From NCBI GenBank assembly GCA_035462175.1, contig DATHUP010000049.1, positions 52,614 to 116,613 on the forward strand: a stretch of 64,000 bases of DNA, written 5' to 3'. The notes under the pieces are model-generated. The model made no database searches, was not told the DNA's origin, and saw only the letters and a program-made list of their open reading frames with translations. Positions 36,308 to 47,096 of this stretch are shown one piece after another (the first letter of the stretch is position 1; each line of letters begins with the position of its first letter). Position numbers and translations under genes: made by a program. This DNA is from Acidimicrobiia bacterium. GTDB lineage: Bacteria; Actinomycetota; Acidimicrobiia; Spongiisociales; ZC4RG35.

Positions 36308-37321
36308 TCAGGTGGCCAGGGCCCGGCATGACTGCCGGACCACCAGCTCGGTGGGCAAGGTCAAGTGAACCGGCTCGCGGGCGGGCTCGTCGATCAGCTC
36401 GATGAGCAGCCGGGCCGCCTCCGAGCCCATCTCTTGTATCGATTGGTCGATCGTGGTCAGGGGCGGGGTGGAGAGGGCCGATTCGGGGATGTTGTCGAAA
36501 CCGATCACGGAGACGTCCCTCGGCACCTCGAGCCCCAACTCGCTCGCCACCTTCATGGTCCCGATGGCGGAGACGTCGTTGGCGGCGAAGACGGCGGTCG
36601 GTCGCCGATCGAGGAGGAGCAGCTCCCGGGCAGGCGTCTCGGCCGTCTCCTCGGTGTAACCGCCGACCCGGACGAGTTCGGGATCGAATGCGATGCCGGC
36701 TTGATCCAACGCCTTGCGGTATCCCAACTCGCGGAGACGGGCGGACTCCAGATCGGGCCGACCGGCGAGGAATCCGATGTGGCGATGCCCCAATGAGATG
36801 AGGTATTCGGTGGCAGCGACTGCCCCTTCGAGGTTCTGGGAGTCGACGGTGGGGAGGCTGGAGGATCCGGCGTGGGGATCGACCGCTACCACCGGGGCGC
36901 CTCTGGGAACGTCGACCACGGTGGGTGTGACCAGGATGGTTCCGTCTGTGAGCGTGCCGTTGAGACGGGATAGGTAGCGGCGCTCCCACCCGACCTGATC
37001 CTCGACGTGACCGCCCCCGGAGTAGATGATGAGCTCGTACCCGGTGCCGCGGATGGCTCGGGCCGCTCCTTTCAGCAACTCGGCGCTGAACGGCTCGAGA
37101 TCGGCGACGACGATCCCGATCACATTTGTGCGGCGGCTGCGCAGACTCCTCGCCACCAGGCTCGACTCGTAGCCGAGATCCTCGATCACTGCCCTGACCC
37201 GGGAGAAGGTGTCGGGTGCCACCCCGTAGCGGCCATTCACCACCCTGGAGACAGTGGCGATGGAGACCCCGGCTTCGGCGGCTACGTCACCGATGGTGAC
37301 TCTCTCAGTCGATCGTCGCAT
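36308..37321 (-). CDS. LacI-family transcriptional regulator
   Basis: N-terminal HTH (VTIGDVAAEAGVSIATVSRVVNG) plus periplasmic-binding-protein-like sugar-binding domain. Confidence 0.85.
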   Translation of the reverse strand: MRRSTERVTIGDVAAEAGVSIATVSRVVNGRYGVAPDTFSRVRAVIEDLGYESSLVARSLRSRRTNVIGIVVADLEPFSAELLKGAARAIRGTGYELIIYSGGGHVEDQVGWERRYLSRLNGTLTDGTILVTPTVVDVPRGAPVVAVDPHAGSSSLPTVDSQNLEGAVAATEYLISLGHRHIGFLAGRPDLESARLRELGYRKALDQAGIAFDPELVRVGGYTEETAETPARELLLLDRRPTAVFAANDVSAIGTMKVASELGLEVPRDVSVIGFDNIPESALSTPPLTTIDQSIQEMGSEAARLLIELIDEPAREPVHLTLPTELVVRQSCRALAT

Positions 37322-37336
37322 CTTCGTCCCGAGCGC

Positions 37337-37350
37337 CGATAACGTTGTCG
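37337..37350. promoter_or_regulatory. candidate LacI operator (CGATAACGTTGTCG) overlapping the lacI 5' region
   Basis: 14-bp palindrome with one mismatched pair centred on AACGTT; half-site repeated immediately downstream (cgataacgttt). Confidence 0.35.
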
Positions 37351-37524
37351 ATAACGTTTACAAACCTACACCGTGGAGTGAGGACGGCGCAAGCCAAAGC
37401 GAGGTATTTCTGCTCAATCTCGTCTCGGCCGGGTCTGGCCGGCGTGACGCGTTTGCGTCTCCGCCGCTGGAATGAGAGGTCGAGTACCACCTTTGGCGCG
37501 GAGGCCAAATACTGTTGGCATCAG

Positions 37525-38529
<1,005 letters not shown>

Positions 38530-38603
38530 GCGCCTTCACAGCGCGCTTTCCGTCCAGAACTGGCCGAGCGGCCGACATGATCATTTGAGGGGGAGCTACG
38601 CCC

Positions 38604-39749
38604 CTAGGTACTTCGTCGTCGGGCCGACCCGGCCAGGGGTCTGATCTCCAGGTCCTCGAGACAGAGCTGCCCGAGGTGCACCTGGCCGTGGTGGTAGCGG
38701 CAGAGGAGACAGAGATTGTCGATCACGGTCTCGCCTCCATCGAGCCAGGGGACGATGTGGTGGACATCGCACCAGCTGGCCGAGCGTCCGCAGCCGGGAG
38801 CGACGCAGTGACGATCACGGGCGATCACGCCCCGACGTAGCCCGGCCGGGATCACCCTGGTCTTGCGGCCGACGTCGAGCACTTCGGAGGCGGGGCCGAA
38901 GACGATCCTCGACACCGAGGCGTCGCAGGCGAGCTGACTCACCGCGAACGGGTCGAGGACAAAGCCGCCGTCGGTCTCGTGGAGACCTCCCGGGCGATCA
39001 TGCAGGCCGTCGAGGTCGACATGGATGTTCAGGTGGGGGCGCTCCCCACCAACGAGCGCCGTCTCGGAACCTTCGAGGTAGCTGCGAGCGAGATCCCCGA
39101 GGGCATCGGCGCGTCGCTGGGTCGTGGTCCGCTTGTCGTTGTCAGCCGGAGGCGGCATGAGAGTGTCGACAGCCGCGAGCAAGCCCTCTCCTTCCAGCTG
39201 CGGCAGTAGGAACTCGCCGGCGACCATTCCGTTGTGCCTCCTCGTCAGGTCGAAGCGTCGACGCTGTAGCTGGTCTTCGAGATCGAGCCGCACGCCGGGG
39301 AGGTCTACGTCGCTTCGCCAGTAGTCGAGGACCCGCCTGGTCTCGTCGACACCATCGCCGACGAGCTCGAGAAGGACACTCTCCGCTTCGGGGTACTTGT
39401 CCGGAAGGCGCTCGGATGCCTTGAACATGAGCTCGGCCTCGTCACCCGAGATCTGACGATGTCTCCATGCCGAGAATGTGGCCGCATGCTTCGTCGCGGC
39501 CCGGGCGATCCTCACGTACCGATGCGCCCGGCCGCCGGCCATCCGCATCCGGTGCTTGAGATAGGCGACCATCGACGGGTACCCCATGACATTGTGGTCT
39601 GACGCCGCTTCGGCAGCAGCGAGGGTCTCGGTCCATTCGACATCGAGGGCATGACGCGCTGCTTCGAGCAGCATCAGATGCTCGTCACGTTCGTCCAGCG
39701 AGGCGGCGGACGGGTCTTCGAGTCGGGGGATGATGATCGGCATCATCCT
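38604..39749 (-). CDS. DUF222 / HNH endonuclease (REP13E12-like), intact copy
   Basis: HNH motif HHIVPWLDGGETVIDNLCLLCRYHH; DUF222 N-region; probable start at the MMPIIIPR methionines (the ORF track extends to 40031 through antisense of a methyltransferase remnant). Confidence 0.65.
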   Translation of the reverse strand, partial: RMMPIIIPRLEDPSAASLDERDEHLMLLEAARHALDVEWTETLAAAEAASDHNVMGYPSMVAYLKHRMRMAGGRAHRYVRIARAATKHAATFSAWRHRQISGDEAELMFKASERLPDKYPEAESVLLELVGDGVDETRRVLDYWRSDVDLPGVRLDLEDQLQRRRFDLTRRHNGMVAGEFLLPQLEGEGLLAAVDTLMPPPADNDKRTTTQRRADALGDLARSYLEGSETALVGGERPHLNIHVDLDGLHDRPGGLHETDGGFVLDPFAVSQLACDASVSRIVFGPASEVLDVGRKTRVIPAGLRRGVIARDRHCVAPGCGRSASWCDVHHIVPWLDGGETVIDNLCLLCRYHHGQVHLGQLCLEDLEIRPLAGSARRRST

Positions 39750-39859
39750 CTGCGAGGTCCTTCCCCTTCCCATGCCCACAACGTACAAGGAGGGTCTGAC
39801 AGATATCACCGGCTGGAAGAAAATCGCAAGCAGTCGCAATCCGATCGTCCCTACATCCC

Positions 39860-40202
39860 CGCCGGTGCCGCCGAGCATCTCGATCCTGGTGGCCGTTTCG
39901 TCATCGAGGTGGGTGTCCCCGACCTGCGCCGCCTGCCTCCGGGTCAAACCAGCATCGTCTTCCGCTCCGACGACACCGGCTGGAACATCGACGACTACGA
40001 CGTGGCCAACCAAGGGCTGATCTCGCATCACCTCGACCTGGTCGACGGAGACATCAGACGATTCTCGGTGCCATTTCGCTTACGTGTGGCCGGGCGAGCT
40101 GGACCTGATGGCTGAGATGGCCGGGATGAAGTTCGTCTCGCGTCATGCCGGCTGGGCCCGGGAACCGTTCACCGGCGACAGCCGAGAGCACGTCTCGGTC
40201 TA
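39860..40202 (+). pseudogene. 3' fragment of a class I SAM-dependent methyltransferase, frameshifted
   Basis: ...AAEHLDPGGRFVIEVGVPDLRR...DDYDVANQGLISHHLDLVDG...RFSVPFR then +1 frame YVWPGELDLMAEMAGMKFVSRHAGWAREPF; no N-terminal part present. Confidence 0.35.
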
Positions 40203-40237
40203 GGAGAAGCTCTGACCGAGCCGCCGCTGAGATGAAG

Positions 40238-40945
40238 CTAGTTCGGGGGCTGACCGGCCACTGCTCCGACTCCGGCCCGATCATCCGACACTCGTTTTCC
40301 CGACGCCACCCGGTAGCCGGCCCAGATCAGCGTGACCGCGGCCAGCAGGGACAAGGCGAATGCGCTGGACTCGCCGAGGGCCAAGCCGGTGCCGCCGGAC
40401 GCCGCGGCCAATGTCCCGCCCACGATGAGGAGGTTGCCCCACACGATGCTCCTGTTCTTCTTCCAGAAACGGAGCGCCGACACCAGGGCGAGGGCGATCA
40501 AGATCGTGGAGCCGGTGGCGCCGCCGATGATGGCGAACAACCTGGGCCCGAACCCCGAGGCGAAGATGTCGTGGGGCACGCCGGTATCGGGCAGCGGGTT
40601 GGCGAAGGCTACGGTCGCGGTCAGGGTGGCCGAGATGGCGGTCAACGCCCCCAGGGCAATCGCCATGGCGTGGCCGGAGCGCTTCCCGACGACCAGGAAC
40701 ATCGAGCCGAGCGCGAGGAAGGGGATGTTGAGGATCGCCCCGAACAGATAGAAGGTCCGGTAGAGCGGCCCGGACCAGCCGATGGTCAGGCCGAGGTAAA
40801 AGGCCATCGTGGCCACGGCGAACATGCTCATCCCGGTGCCGAAGGCAGCGATGTGCGGTCGGGGGCGTCTCCGGTAGTCGAGCCAGAGGTCGATGGAGAA
40901 GCCGAGGGCGGCAAGTGCGGCGAGCAGGGCTAGGGCCGAGTCCAT
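40238..40945 (-). CDS. hypothetical polytopic membrane protein
   Basis: About 6 hydrophobic helices; no recognisable motif. Confidence 0.4.
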   Translation of the reverse strand: MDSALALLAALAALGFSIDLWLDYRRRPRPHIAAFGTGMSMFAVATMAFYLGLTIGWSGPLYRTFYLFGAILNIPFLALGSMFLVVGKRSGHAMAIALGALTAISATLTATVAFANPLPDTGVPHDIFASGFGPRLFAIIGGATGSTILIALALVSALRFWKKNRSIVWGNLLIVGGTLAAASGGTGLALGESSAFALSLLAAVTLIWAGYRVASGKRVSDDRAGVGAVAGQPPN

Positions 40946-41000
40946 AGGGTGGCGAGGCTAGGGGCCGGTGGCGAGGGCGGGCCCGTTTGGTGGGGCATCC

Positions 41001-42026
41001 TCACGTCGCCTTGGTGAAGATGCGGGCGTCACTGGCTCTCACCCGTGCCGTCTGCCCGACCCGGTATACCGGCTGAGGGCCGATCCGGGCACGGACCCTG
41101 GTGCCGCCGTGCAGTGCCAGGGTCACCAATTGGTCGTGACCGAAGAACTCGGATCCGGCCACGACTGCGTTGGGGGTCTCGCCGAGGGAGATCTGGACGT
41201 TCTCGGGCCGGATGATCACCGACACCGGGCCGAGCAGGGTGGTCTCGAATCGACCGATCGGTGTGTCGACCAGACCGTCGCGCGCCTCCGAGTCGAGGAT
41301 GTCGGCGTCACCAAGGAACTCGGCGATCCACGGATCGGCGGGATTCGAGTAGAGGTGGGCCGGTGTGTCCGCCTGGAGGACCCTGCCCTCCCTCATCACC
41401 GCGACGATGTCGGAAGTGGCCAGAGCCTCCTCCTGGTCGTGGGTGACGAACACAGCCGTGGTGCGAGCCTCGGTCAAGATCGCGCGCAACTCGCGACGGA
41501 CCCGATCGCGCAGACCTGCGTCGAGGTTGCTGAACGGCTCGTCGAGGAGGATGACCTCGGGACCCGGTGCCAACGCCCGGGCCAGGGCAACCCTCTGTTG
41601 CTGACCACCGGAGAGCTCGTTCGGCATCCGGCTCTCCAGCCCGGTCAGCCCTACCAGTTCCAGCACCTCTCCGACGCGGGTTTGGCGATCCTCCTTGGGA
41701 AGACCGTAGGCGACGTTTCCGGCCACGGTCATGTGGGGGAACAATGCGTAGTCCTGGAATACCATCCCCACCCTCCGCCGCTCTGGTGGAACGAAGACAT
41801 CGGGGCCGAGCACTGCTCGCCCGTGGATCTCGACGGTGCCGTGGGCGGTCTCGAAACCGGCGATCACCCGTAGCGCTGTGGTCTTGCCGCAGCCCGACGG
41901 CCCGAGGAGGGTGACAACACCCCCCTCCCACACGTCGAGACTGAAGCGGTCGAGGGCCACTGCGTCGCCGAACGTCCTGCTCAGTTCCCGGGCACGGATT
42001 GCCAGCCGATCAGTCGCAGAGCTCAC
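41001..42026 (-). CDS. ABC transporter ATP-binding protein with C-terminal TOBE domain (ModC/PotA/FbpC-like)
   Basis: Walker A GPSGCGKTT, signature LSGGQQQRVALARAL, Walker B ILLDEP; TOBE-like C-terminus. Confidence 0.8.
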   Translation of the reverse strand: MSSATDRLAIRARELSRTFGDAVALDRFSLDVWEGGVVTLLGPSGCGKTTALRVIAGFETAHGTVEIHGRAVLGPDVFVPPERRRVGMVFQDYALFPHMTVAGNVAYGLPKEDRQTRVGEVLELVGLTGLESRMPNELSGGQQQRVALARALAPGPEVILLDEPFSNLDAGLRDRVRRELRAILTEARTTAVFVTHDQEEALATSDIVAVMREGRVLQADTPAHLYSNPADPWIAEFLGDADILDSEARDGLVDTPIGRFETTLLGPVSVIIRPENVQISLGETPNAVVAGSEFFGHDQLVTLALHGGTRVRARIGPQPVYRVGQTARVRASDARIFTKAT

Positions 42027-42044
42027 ATCACATCATCCCGAAGG

Positions 42045-42626
42045 GTGGCAGGTATCCCAAAGACAGGCCAACCCCCGGGTCAGAATGAGTGGATGGACCC
42101 GGTCACGGTGCAGTTCTACAAGAGCCCCCGAGGTATGCATTGGGGGTTCGCCGGGTATCTCATCGGAGAGGACGAGCACGGGCACTGGGTGGGTCTCCCC
42201 CGGGGCAGCGATCGGTGGAAGGGAGAGACCGCCTGGAGGCCGACCCAGGAGGATGCGGTCCAATGCTTCCCCCACGACGGATGGTGGGTCCTCCACTACA
42301 ACGGGCCGGTGCGACCCGTTTCGCATTTCGTCGACATCACCACACAGCCGACCCTGAGTCACGGACGTTTCGAGATGATCGATCTCGATCTCGACGTGGT
42401 GGTGCTGGCAGACGGGACGGTGGAGATCGAGGACGAGGACGAGTTCGAGGTCAACCAGGTGAGCTTGGGCTACAGCCAGGAGACGATCCGGAAGGCCGAG
42501 GCGGAGACCGAGCGGGTGGCCGAGCTGCTGCGCCGGCGCGAGGAGCCCTTCTTCGAGGTTGCGGAGCAGTGGCTGCACATGGTCAGCTCCGGCTCTTTTC
42601 CTCACCCTGGCGCTGAACGAAGCTGA
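42045..42626 (+). CDS. DUF402-domain protein (possible start at the MDPVTV methionine near 42093)
   Basis: DUF402-like core (WGFAGYLIGEDEHGHWVGLP...HFVDITTQP). Confidence 0.45.
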   Translation: MAGIPKTGQPPGQNEWMDPVTVQFYKSPRGMHWGFAGYLIGEDEHGHWVGLPRGSDRWKGETAWRPTQEDAVQCFPHDGWWVLHYNGPVRPVSHFVDITTQPTLSHGRFEMIDLDLDVVVLADGTVEIEDEDEFEVNQVSLGYSQETIRKAEAETERVAELLRRREEPFFEVAEQWLHMVSSGSFPHPGAERS

Positions 42627-43044
42627 AACGCCCGTCCGCCTCGAGCACGGCGAACTCGACCTGGCTCAGGTCACCGATGCCCTCCATGCGGGCGGCTTCC
42701 TTCAGCTCCTCGAGCGTCACGCGTTCCTGTTCGAGCCGGGACATGATCGGCTCGCCGGAGTGGATGACGATCACCGGCTCGCTGGCGAAGATCCGGTTGG
42801 CGGTCCGGGATCGCCGCCCCCACATATCGGCGACCAGAGTCCAGAGCACGAACACGGATACGGCGATCATCGCCCCTGTCATCGACATGTCCTCCTGGGT
42901 CACGCCTTGCTGCACGAAGTCGCCTAGGACCACGATCAGGAGCAGGTCGAGCGGAGTCAGCTCGGCGAGCGACCGCTTCCCGGTGCCGCGGACCACGATC
43001 CAGAGGAACCAATAGATGACGGTGGCGCGCAGGAACAGCTCCAT
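42583..43044 (-). CDS. DUF421 (YetF-like) membrane protein
   Basis: Two N-terminal TM helices plus C-terminal YetF-like domain. Confidence 0.55.
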   Translation of the reverse strand: MELFLRATVIYWFLWIVVRGTGKRSLAELTPLDLLLIVVLGDFVQQGVTQEDMSMTGAMIAVSVFVLWTLVADMWGRRSRTANRIFASEPVIVIHSGEPIMSRLEQERVTLEELKEAARMEGIGDLSQVEFAVLEADGRFSFVQRQGEEKSRS

Positions 43045-43053
43045 CAGTCCTCC

Positions 43054-43647
43054 TCAGGGCAGGACCCATGTGGTGAATTCGACCGATGCCTTCCTGTCGT
43101 CGGCGATCTCCAGTGCAGCCGAGCCCGACCGGGCCCATTGGACCGCAGGCTCCAGGCGGACGTCGAGCTCGATGTGAAGACTCCTCCGGCCCGGTGGCAC
43201 CTCGAACTCCCACCAGGTCCATTGTCCGGTGCTGTAGGTGCTCGACGGAGTTGGACTGAGCCCGTTGAGGTCGAGCATGGCCAGATAGGACGTGGTCAGC
43301 CCGACGGCGACCATCCCGGGCAAGGTGGATCCGTCGACAGTCGACACTTCCGCGCTCCAGGGTGTCGCCAGGCCGGGACGGCTGACCTCGGTGTGTTTGA
43401 CCTGCAGCACGTATCCATCGCCGGAAGACTCCACCACGCCGGTTCGAACTCCGAGCAGCCCGACCGCGGCGGCCAGAACGATCGCCGCGACCAGGGCGAT
43501 GGACGCGGTGTGGAAACGTCGCTCCCAGCGGTTCCAATGCTCGGGTGGCTCGTCGGGAATCGTCGAGCTGTTCAGGGCGGGGGAGCCCGGATCGGGCGCT
43601 CCATCCATGGCCCGGAGATTTACCCCCGGGATTTGGTTTCCTAACAA
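43054..43647 (-). CDS. hypothetical membrane-anchored protein
   Basis: Single TM (IALVAAIVLAAAVGLLGV), extracytoplasmic domain; no motif recognised. Confidence 0.35.
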   Translation of the reverse strand: MLGNQIPGVNLRAMDGAPDPGSPALNSSTIPDEPPEHWNRWERRFHTASIALVAAIVLAAAVGLLGVRTGVVESSGDGYVLQVKHTEVSRPGLATPWSAEVSTVDGSTLPGMVAVGLTTSYLAMLDLNGLSPTPSSTYSTGQWTWWEFEVPPGRRSLHIELDVRLEPAVQWARSGSAALEIADDRKASVEFTTWVLP

Positions 43648-43706
43648 CAGGAACCCTCATCGTCTCCGGTTTGGGGATGGCGGCGAGGGGGAATCGTTGC
43701 CCGTTC

Positions 43707-44738
43707 ATGACCATCGAAGACTCGATGTCGCTCGCTGCGCACGCCGGTCTGCACTATGTCGCCGAGGAGACCCCTGGTCTGCGGCGGATCCGGCGGGGAC
43801 GGGGGTTCTCCTACGTCGGCCCCGATGGCGGGACGGTCAACGGCGAGGTCCGGAAGCGGATCGAATTGCTAGTGATACCGCCGGCCTGGGAAGGGGTTTG
43901 GATCTCACCCGATTCGTCGGGGCACATCCTGGCCACCGGCTACGACAGTGCCGGGAGGAAGCAGTACATCTATCACCCGCTCTGGGAGCAGGTCAGGGAC
44001 GAGGCGAAGTTCGAGCGGATGGGCGAGTTCGGGCGCCGCCTGGCCAGGTTGCGTCGCCGGATGGACTCCGATCTGAGACGACCCGGGCTGTCCCGGGAGA
44101 AAGTGACGGCTCTTGCCGTCTCGGTCCTGGATCGGACGCTCATCCGGGTGGGCAACCGGAAGTACGCCGACGAGAACGAGGCCTACGGGCTGACCACACT
44201 CACCTGTGACCATGTCGAGGTGGACGGCTTCCACGTCCATCTCGAGTTCGCCGGCAAGGGTGGCGCCGATCACCAGTTGGTGTTCCGCGACCGCCGGCTC
44301 GCTTCGTTGATTGCCCGCTGCCAGGAGCTGTCCGGACAGACCCTCTTCGGGTATGAGACGGGCCAGGGTGTGAGCCCGATCACGTCGACCGACGTCAACG
44401 GCTACCTGTCCGAGGTGATGTCGGGCCCGTTCACAGCCAAGGACTTCCGGACCTGGGGGGCGAGCACGGCCGTGGCCGAGGACCTGGCCACCGGCCCCGA
44501 CAACGAAGACGCCGAGGTCCGGTTGTTGCGGGCAATCGACGCGACGGCCGAGAAATTGGGCAACACACGGGAGGTCTGCCGCAGCTCCTATCTGCATCCA
44601 ATCATCCCCGAGGCTTTTCGGGCCGGGTCGCTGCAGAAGACATGGGCCCGATCCCGTCGCGGCCTGTGGCTGGGGCGGGCCGAATCGGCGGTGAACCGGC
44701 TGGTAGCGGAACGAGTCGGGTCGAACGGTTCTGTTTGA
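43707..44738 (+). CDS. DNA topoisomerase IB (poxvirus/eukaryote-type Topo I)
   Basis: TopIB catalytic region (FRTWGAS...RSSYLHP with active-site Tyr region), N-terminal DNA-binding domain; ORF track starts 43545. Confidence 0.75.
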   Translation: MTIEDSMSLAAHAGLHYVAEETPGLRRIRRGRGFSYVGPDGGTVNGEVRKRIELLVIPPAWEGVWISPDSSGHILATGYDSAGRKQYIYHPLWEQVRDEAKFERMGEFGRRLARLRRRMDSDLRRPGLSREKVTALAVSVLDRTLIRVGNRKYADENEAYGLTTLTCDHVEVDGFHVHLEFAGKGGADHQLVFRDRRLASLIARCQELSGQTLFGYETGQGVSPITSTDVNGYLSEVMSGPFTAKDFRTWGASTAVAEDLATGPDNEDAEVRLLRAIDATAEKLGNTREVCRSSYLHPIIPEAFRAGSLQKTWARSRRGLWLGRAESAVNRLVAERVGSNGSV

Positions 44739-44788
44739 GCGGGCGCGGCTGCGGGTATCGAAAGGCAGCACGAATCAGGAGGCGCAAG

Positions 44789-45247
44789 ATGGTGGGAAAC
44801 CCCGCAGCCACGATTCTCGAAGAGCTCGTGGAGACGCTCGAAGACGGGCGTGAAGGATTCAGGAAAGCAGCCGAGAAGCTGGAAGAGGATGGGTACCCGG
44901 ACCTCGCCCAGAGGATGACCCGGTACTCGGACCAACGCGCCCGCCTCTCCGCCGAGTTGCGCGAGATCGCTCTCACCCAGGGCGTGGAGCTCGAAGACGA
45001 GGGGACCGTGGCCGCGGCCCTGCATCGCGGTTGGATGGCGATCGCGGACGCCGCCACCGGTGACGACCCACACGCCGTCTTGGCCGTGGCCGAGAGTGGA
45101 GAGGACCACGCTGTCGCCGAATTCGAGAAGGCGCTCCAGAACGACGACCTACCCGCCGACTGGCGACCAGTGATCGCAGCCCAGGCCGACGCGGTCAAGA
45201 CCGCCCACGACGAGGTGCGGGCTCTGCGGGACCAGGTCGGAGGCTAA
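44789..45247 (+). CDS. DUF2383 (PA2169-family ferritin-like four-helix bundle) protein
   Basis: RBS aggagg; EELVETLEDGREGFRKAAEKLEE...RARLSAELRE pattern. Confidence 0.55.
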   Translation: MVGNPAATILEELVETLEDGREGFRKAAEKLEEDGYPDLAQRMTRYSDQRARLSAELREIALTQGVELEDEGTVAAALHRGWMAIADAATGDDPHAVLAVAESGEDHAVAEFEKALQNDDLPADWRPVIAAQADAVKTAHDEVRALRDQVGG

Positions 45248-45304
45248 GACGCAGCCTGGCGGACGGCGATAGGTGATCCCGGTCACCATCCGCCACCGTG
45301 ACAG

Positions 45305-45351
45305 ACGGGGAGGGAGCCCAGGGATGATCGATTCACACGCTCCCTCCCCGT
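45305..45351. terminator. GC-rich stem-loop (acggggagggagc / gctccctccccgt, 13-bp stem)
   Basis: Perfect inverted repeat downstream of the 44789..45247 gene; no U-tract (common in high-GC actinobacteria). Confidence 0.35.
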
Positions 45352-45391
45352 CCGTCGTTCCGCCGAGGCGGTTCGGAGGTAAAACCACACC

Positions 45392-46351
45392 ATGGTCCAA
45401 TACGGGTTGACACTGTCGAGTGAGGAGCACCCTCCGTCCAAACTGGTGGAGATGGCCGTCGCCGCTGAGGAAGCCGGGTTCGACTTCGTGTCGGTCTCCG
45501 ATCATTTTCACCCCTGGATTGGCGAGCAGGGGCACAGCCCCTTTGTATGGTCAGTCCTCGGAGCCATCTCCCAGGTCACCCACCGGTTGAAGGTGGGGGT
45601 CGGTGTCACCTGCCCCACGGTCCGTATCCACCCGGCGATCAACGCCCACGCCGCCGCCACGGCGGCCTGTCTGCTCGAAGGCAGGTTCACCTGGGGTGTG
45701 GGCACCGGTGAGGCCCTCAATGAGCATGTGCTCGGCGATCGCTGGCCGCCGGCCGAAGTCAGGCTCGAGATGCTGGAGGAGGCGATCGAGATCATCAGGG
45801 CCTTGTGGACGGGTGAGAGTGTCACCCATCGCGGCCGTCACTACACGGTGGAGGACGCCCGCATCTTCGATCTGCCCGACCAGCTTCCTCCCATCGTCGT
45901 CTCGGCCTTCGGGGACCAGGCGGTGGCCCTCGCCGCCCAGGTCGGGGACGGGTTGTGGATCACGGGGCTCGAGGCCGACATCATCGACAATTATCGGGCC
46001 CAAGGTGGAAAAGGGCCGATATGGAGTCAGCTGTCACTCAGCTGGGATCCGGATCGTTCCACCGCCGTCGACCGGGCTTTCCGCGTCTGGCCGAATACCG
46101 GCCTCGCCGGCCAATTGGCCCAGGACCTGCGCACCGTTGCCCACATGGAGCAGGCGGTGCAGATGATCCATCGCGAGGACATCGAACAGGCCCTGCCCTG
46201 CGGGCCCGATCCCGGCCCGATCATCGAATCCATCGAAGAGGCCTCGAGCCTCGGGGTGGACCACATATACCTGCATCAGATCGGAGACCCAATGGACGGG
46301 TTCATCGAGTTCTGGCGCGAAGAGATACGACCGGCCCTGGAAGAGTCTTGA
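45392..46351 (+). CDS. F420-dependent glucose-6-phosphate dehydrogenase family / LLM-class F420-dependent oxidoreductase
   Basis: LLM TIM-barrel with the F420-G6PD family pattern (FDFVSVSDHFHPW, GVGTGEALNEH). Confidence 0.7.
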   Translation: MVQYGLTLSSEEHPPSKLVEMAVAAEEAGFDFVSVSDHFHPWIGEQGHSPFVWSVLGAISQVTHRLKVGVGVTCPTVRIHPAINAHAAATAACLLEGRFTWGVGTGEALNEHVLGDRWPPAEVRLEMLEEAIEIIRALWTGESVTHRGRHYTVEDARIFDLPDQLPPIVVSAFGDQAVALAAQVGDGLWITGLEADIIDNYRAQGGKGPIWSQLSLSWDPDRSTAVDRAFRVWPNTGLAGQLAQDLRTVAHMEQAVQMIHREDIEQALPCGPDPGPIIESIEEASSLGVDHIYLHQIGDPMDGFIEFWREEIRPALEES

Positions 46352-46566
46352 GCCCCCAAGTCGTGCTCGTGCTCGCCGTGACCCTGGCAGTCGGGATCTC
46401 CGTCGTCTTGCTCCTCAAAGCATCCGGGGCTGGACGGCGGGACACTTCGGAGCCCTTGGCCGAGCCGGGCTCGGAGGGGATGCATGTCGCCGACGATGGC
46501 GAGATCGCGCCCGGGCCGCCGGGGCGAACGGCCGATTAGCCGGTCCCGGGGTTGCGGCCGAAAGGT

Positions 46567-47016
46567 TCAGATCCCTTGGCCAACTCTCATATCGTCGGAG
46601 ACCACGCGAACGCCGTCGACCGATTCCACCAGTCTGATCAACTCTCCGGCCTGATCCGGGTCTGCCGGCCCTCGCACAATCACGTTGCCGTCACGGACGT
46701 CTATCACGAGGTCCCTCTTCGGCCCGTCCCAGCGACCGACCGCTTCGCTCTTGATCTTCTGGAGGAGGGTCTCGTCGTCGACCTCGACGGGCTCCTGGAA
46801 TGGCTCGGTGAGCTTGTGGGCCACCCCGCGGGCGACACCCTGTTGGTAGCGCGCCTTCGCCATCATCTTGTCACGGGCGGTCCGCAGGGCGGCGTTGGAC
46901 TGGTCGGCGAGCTTGGCCCGTCGGGTCCGACCGCGATCCGGATCGAAGAGATAGACGCCTGCTGCGCCGACGGTGGCACCGATGCCAGCCGAGCGCCAGA
47001 ACTTTCCCATGCTCAT
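46567..47016 (-). CDS. YtxH-like plus BON-domain stress protein
   Basis: N-terminal GIGATVGAAGVYLFDPDRGRTRR (YtxH/DUF948 motif); C-terminal BON (VIDVRDGNVIVRG...ESVDGVRVVSD). Confidence 0.6.
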   Translation of the reverse strand: MSMGKFWRSAGIGATVGAAGVYLFDPDRGRTRRAKLADQSNAALRTARDKMMAKARYQQGVARGVAHKLTEPFQEPVEVDDETLLQKIKSEAVGRWDGPKRDLVIDVRDGNVIVRGPADPDQAGELIRLVESVDGVRVVSDDMRVGQGI

Positions 47017-47096
47017 AGCTGTGCCTCCACACTTGGCCTGTCGGCGTCCCTTACCCTCCCCACCACGTGGGAAAACCCGCCGGGGGTCACCTCCGC

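Noticed and set aside
39651-40115. 154-aa plus-strand ORF as an independent gene.
   Set aside because: Only its C-terminal two-thirds shows methyltransferase-like sequence and it then frameshifts. It is interpreted as a decayed fragment rather than a functional gene.
46347-46517. Possible small hydrophobic ORF immediately after the F420-G6PD-family gene (VLVLAVTLAVGISVVLLLKASG...).
   Set aside because: It has only a TTG or GTG start, no convincing RBS and no conservation evidence. I could not support it as a gene.
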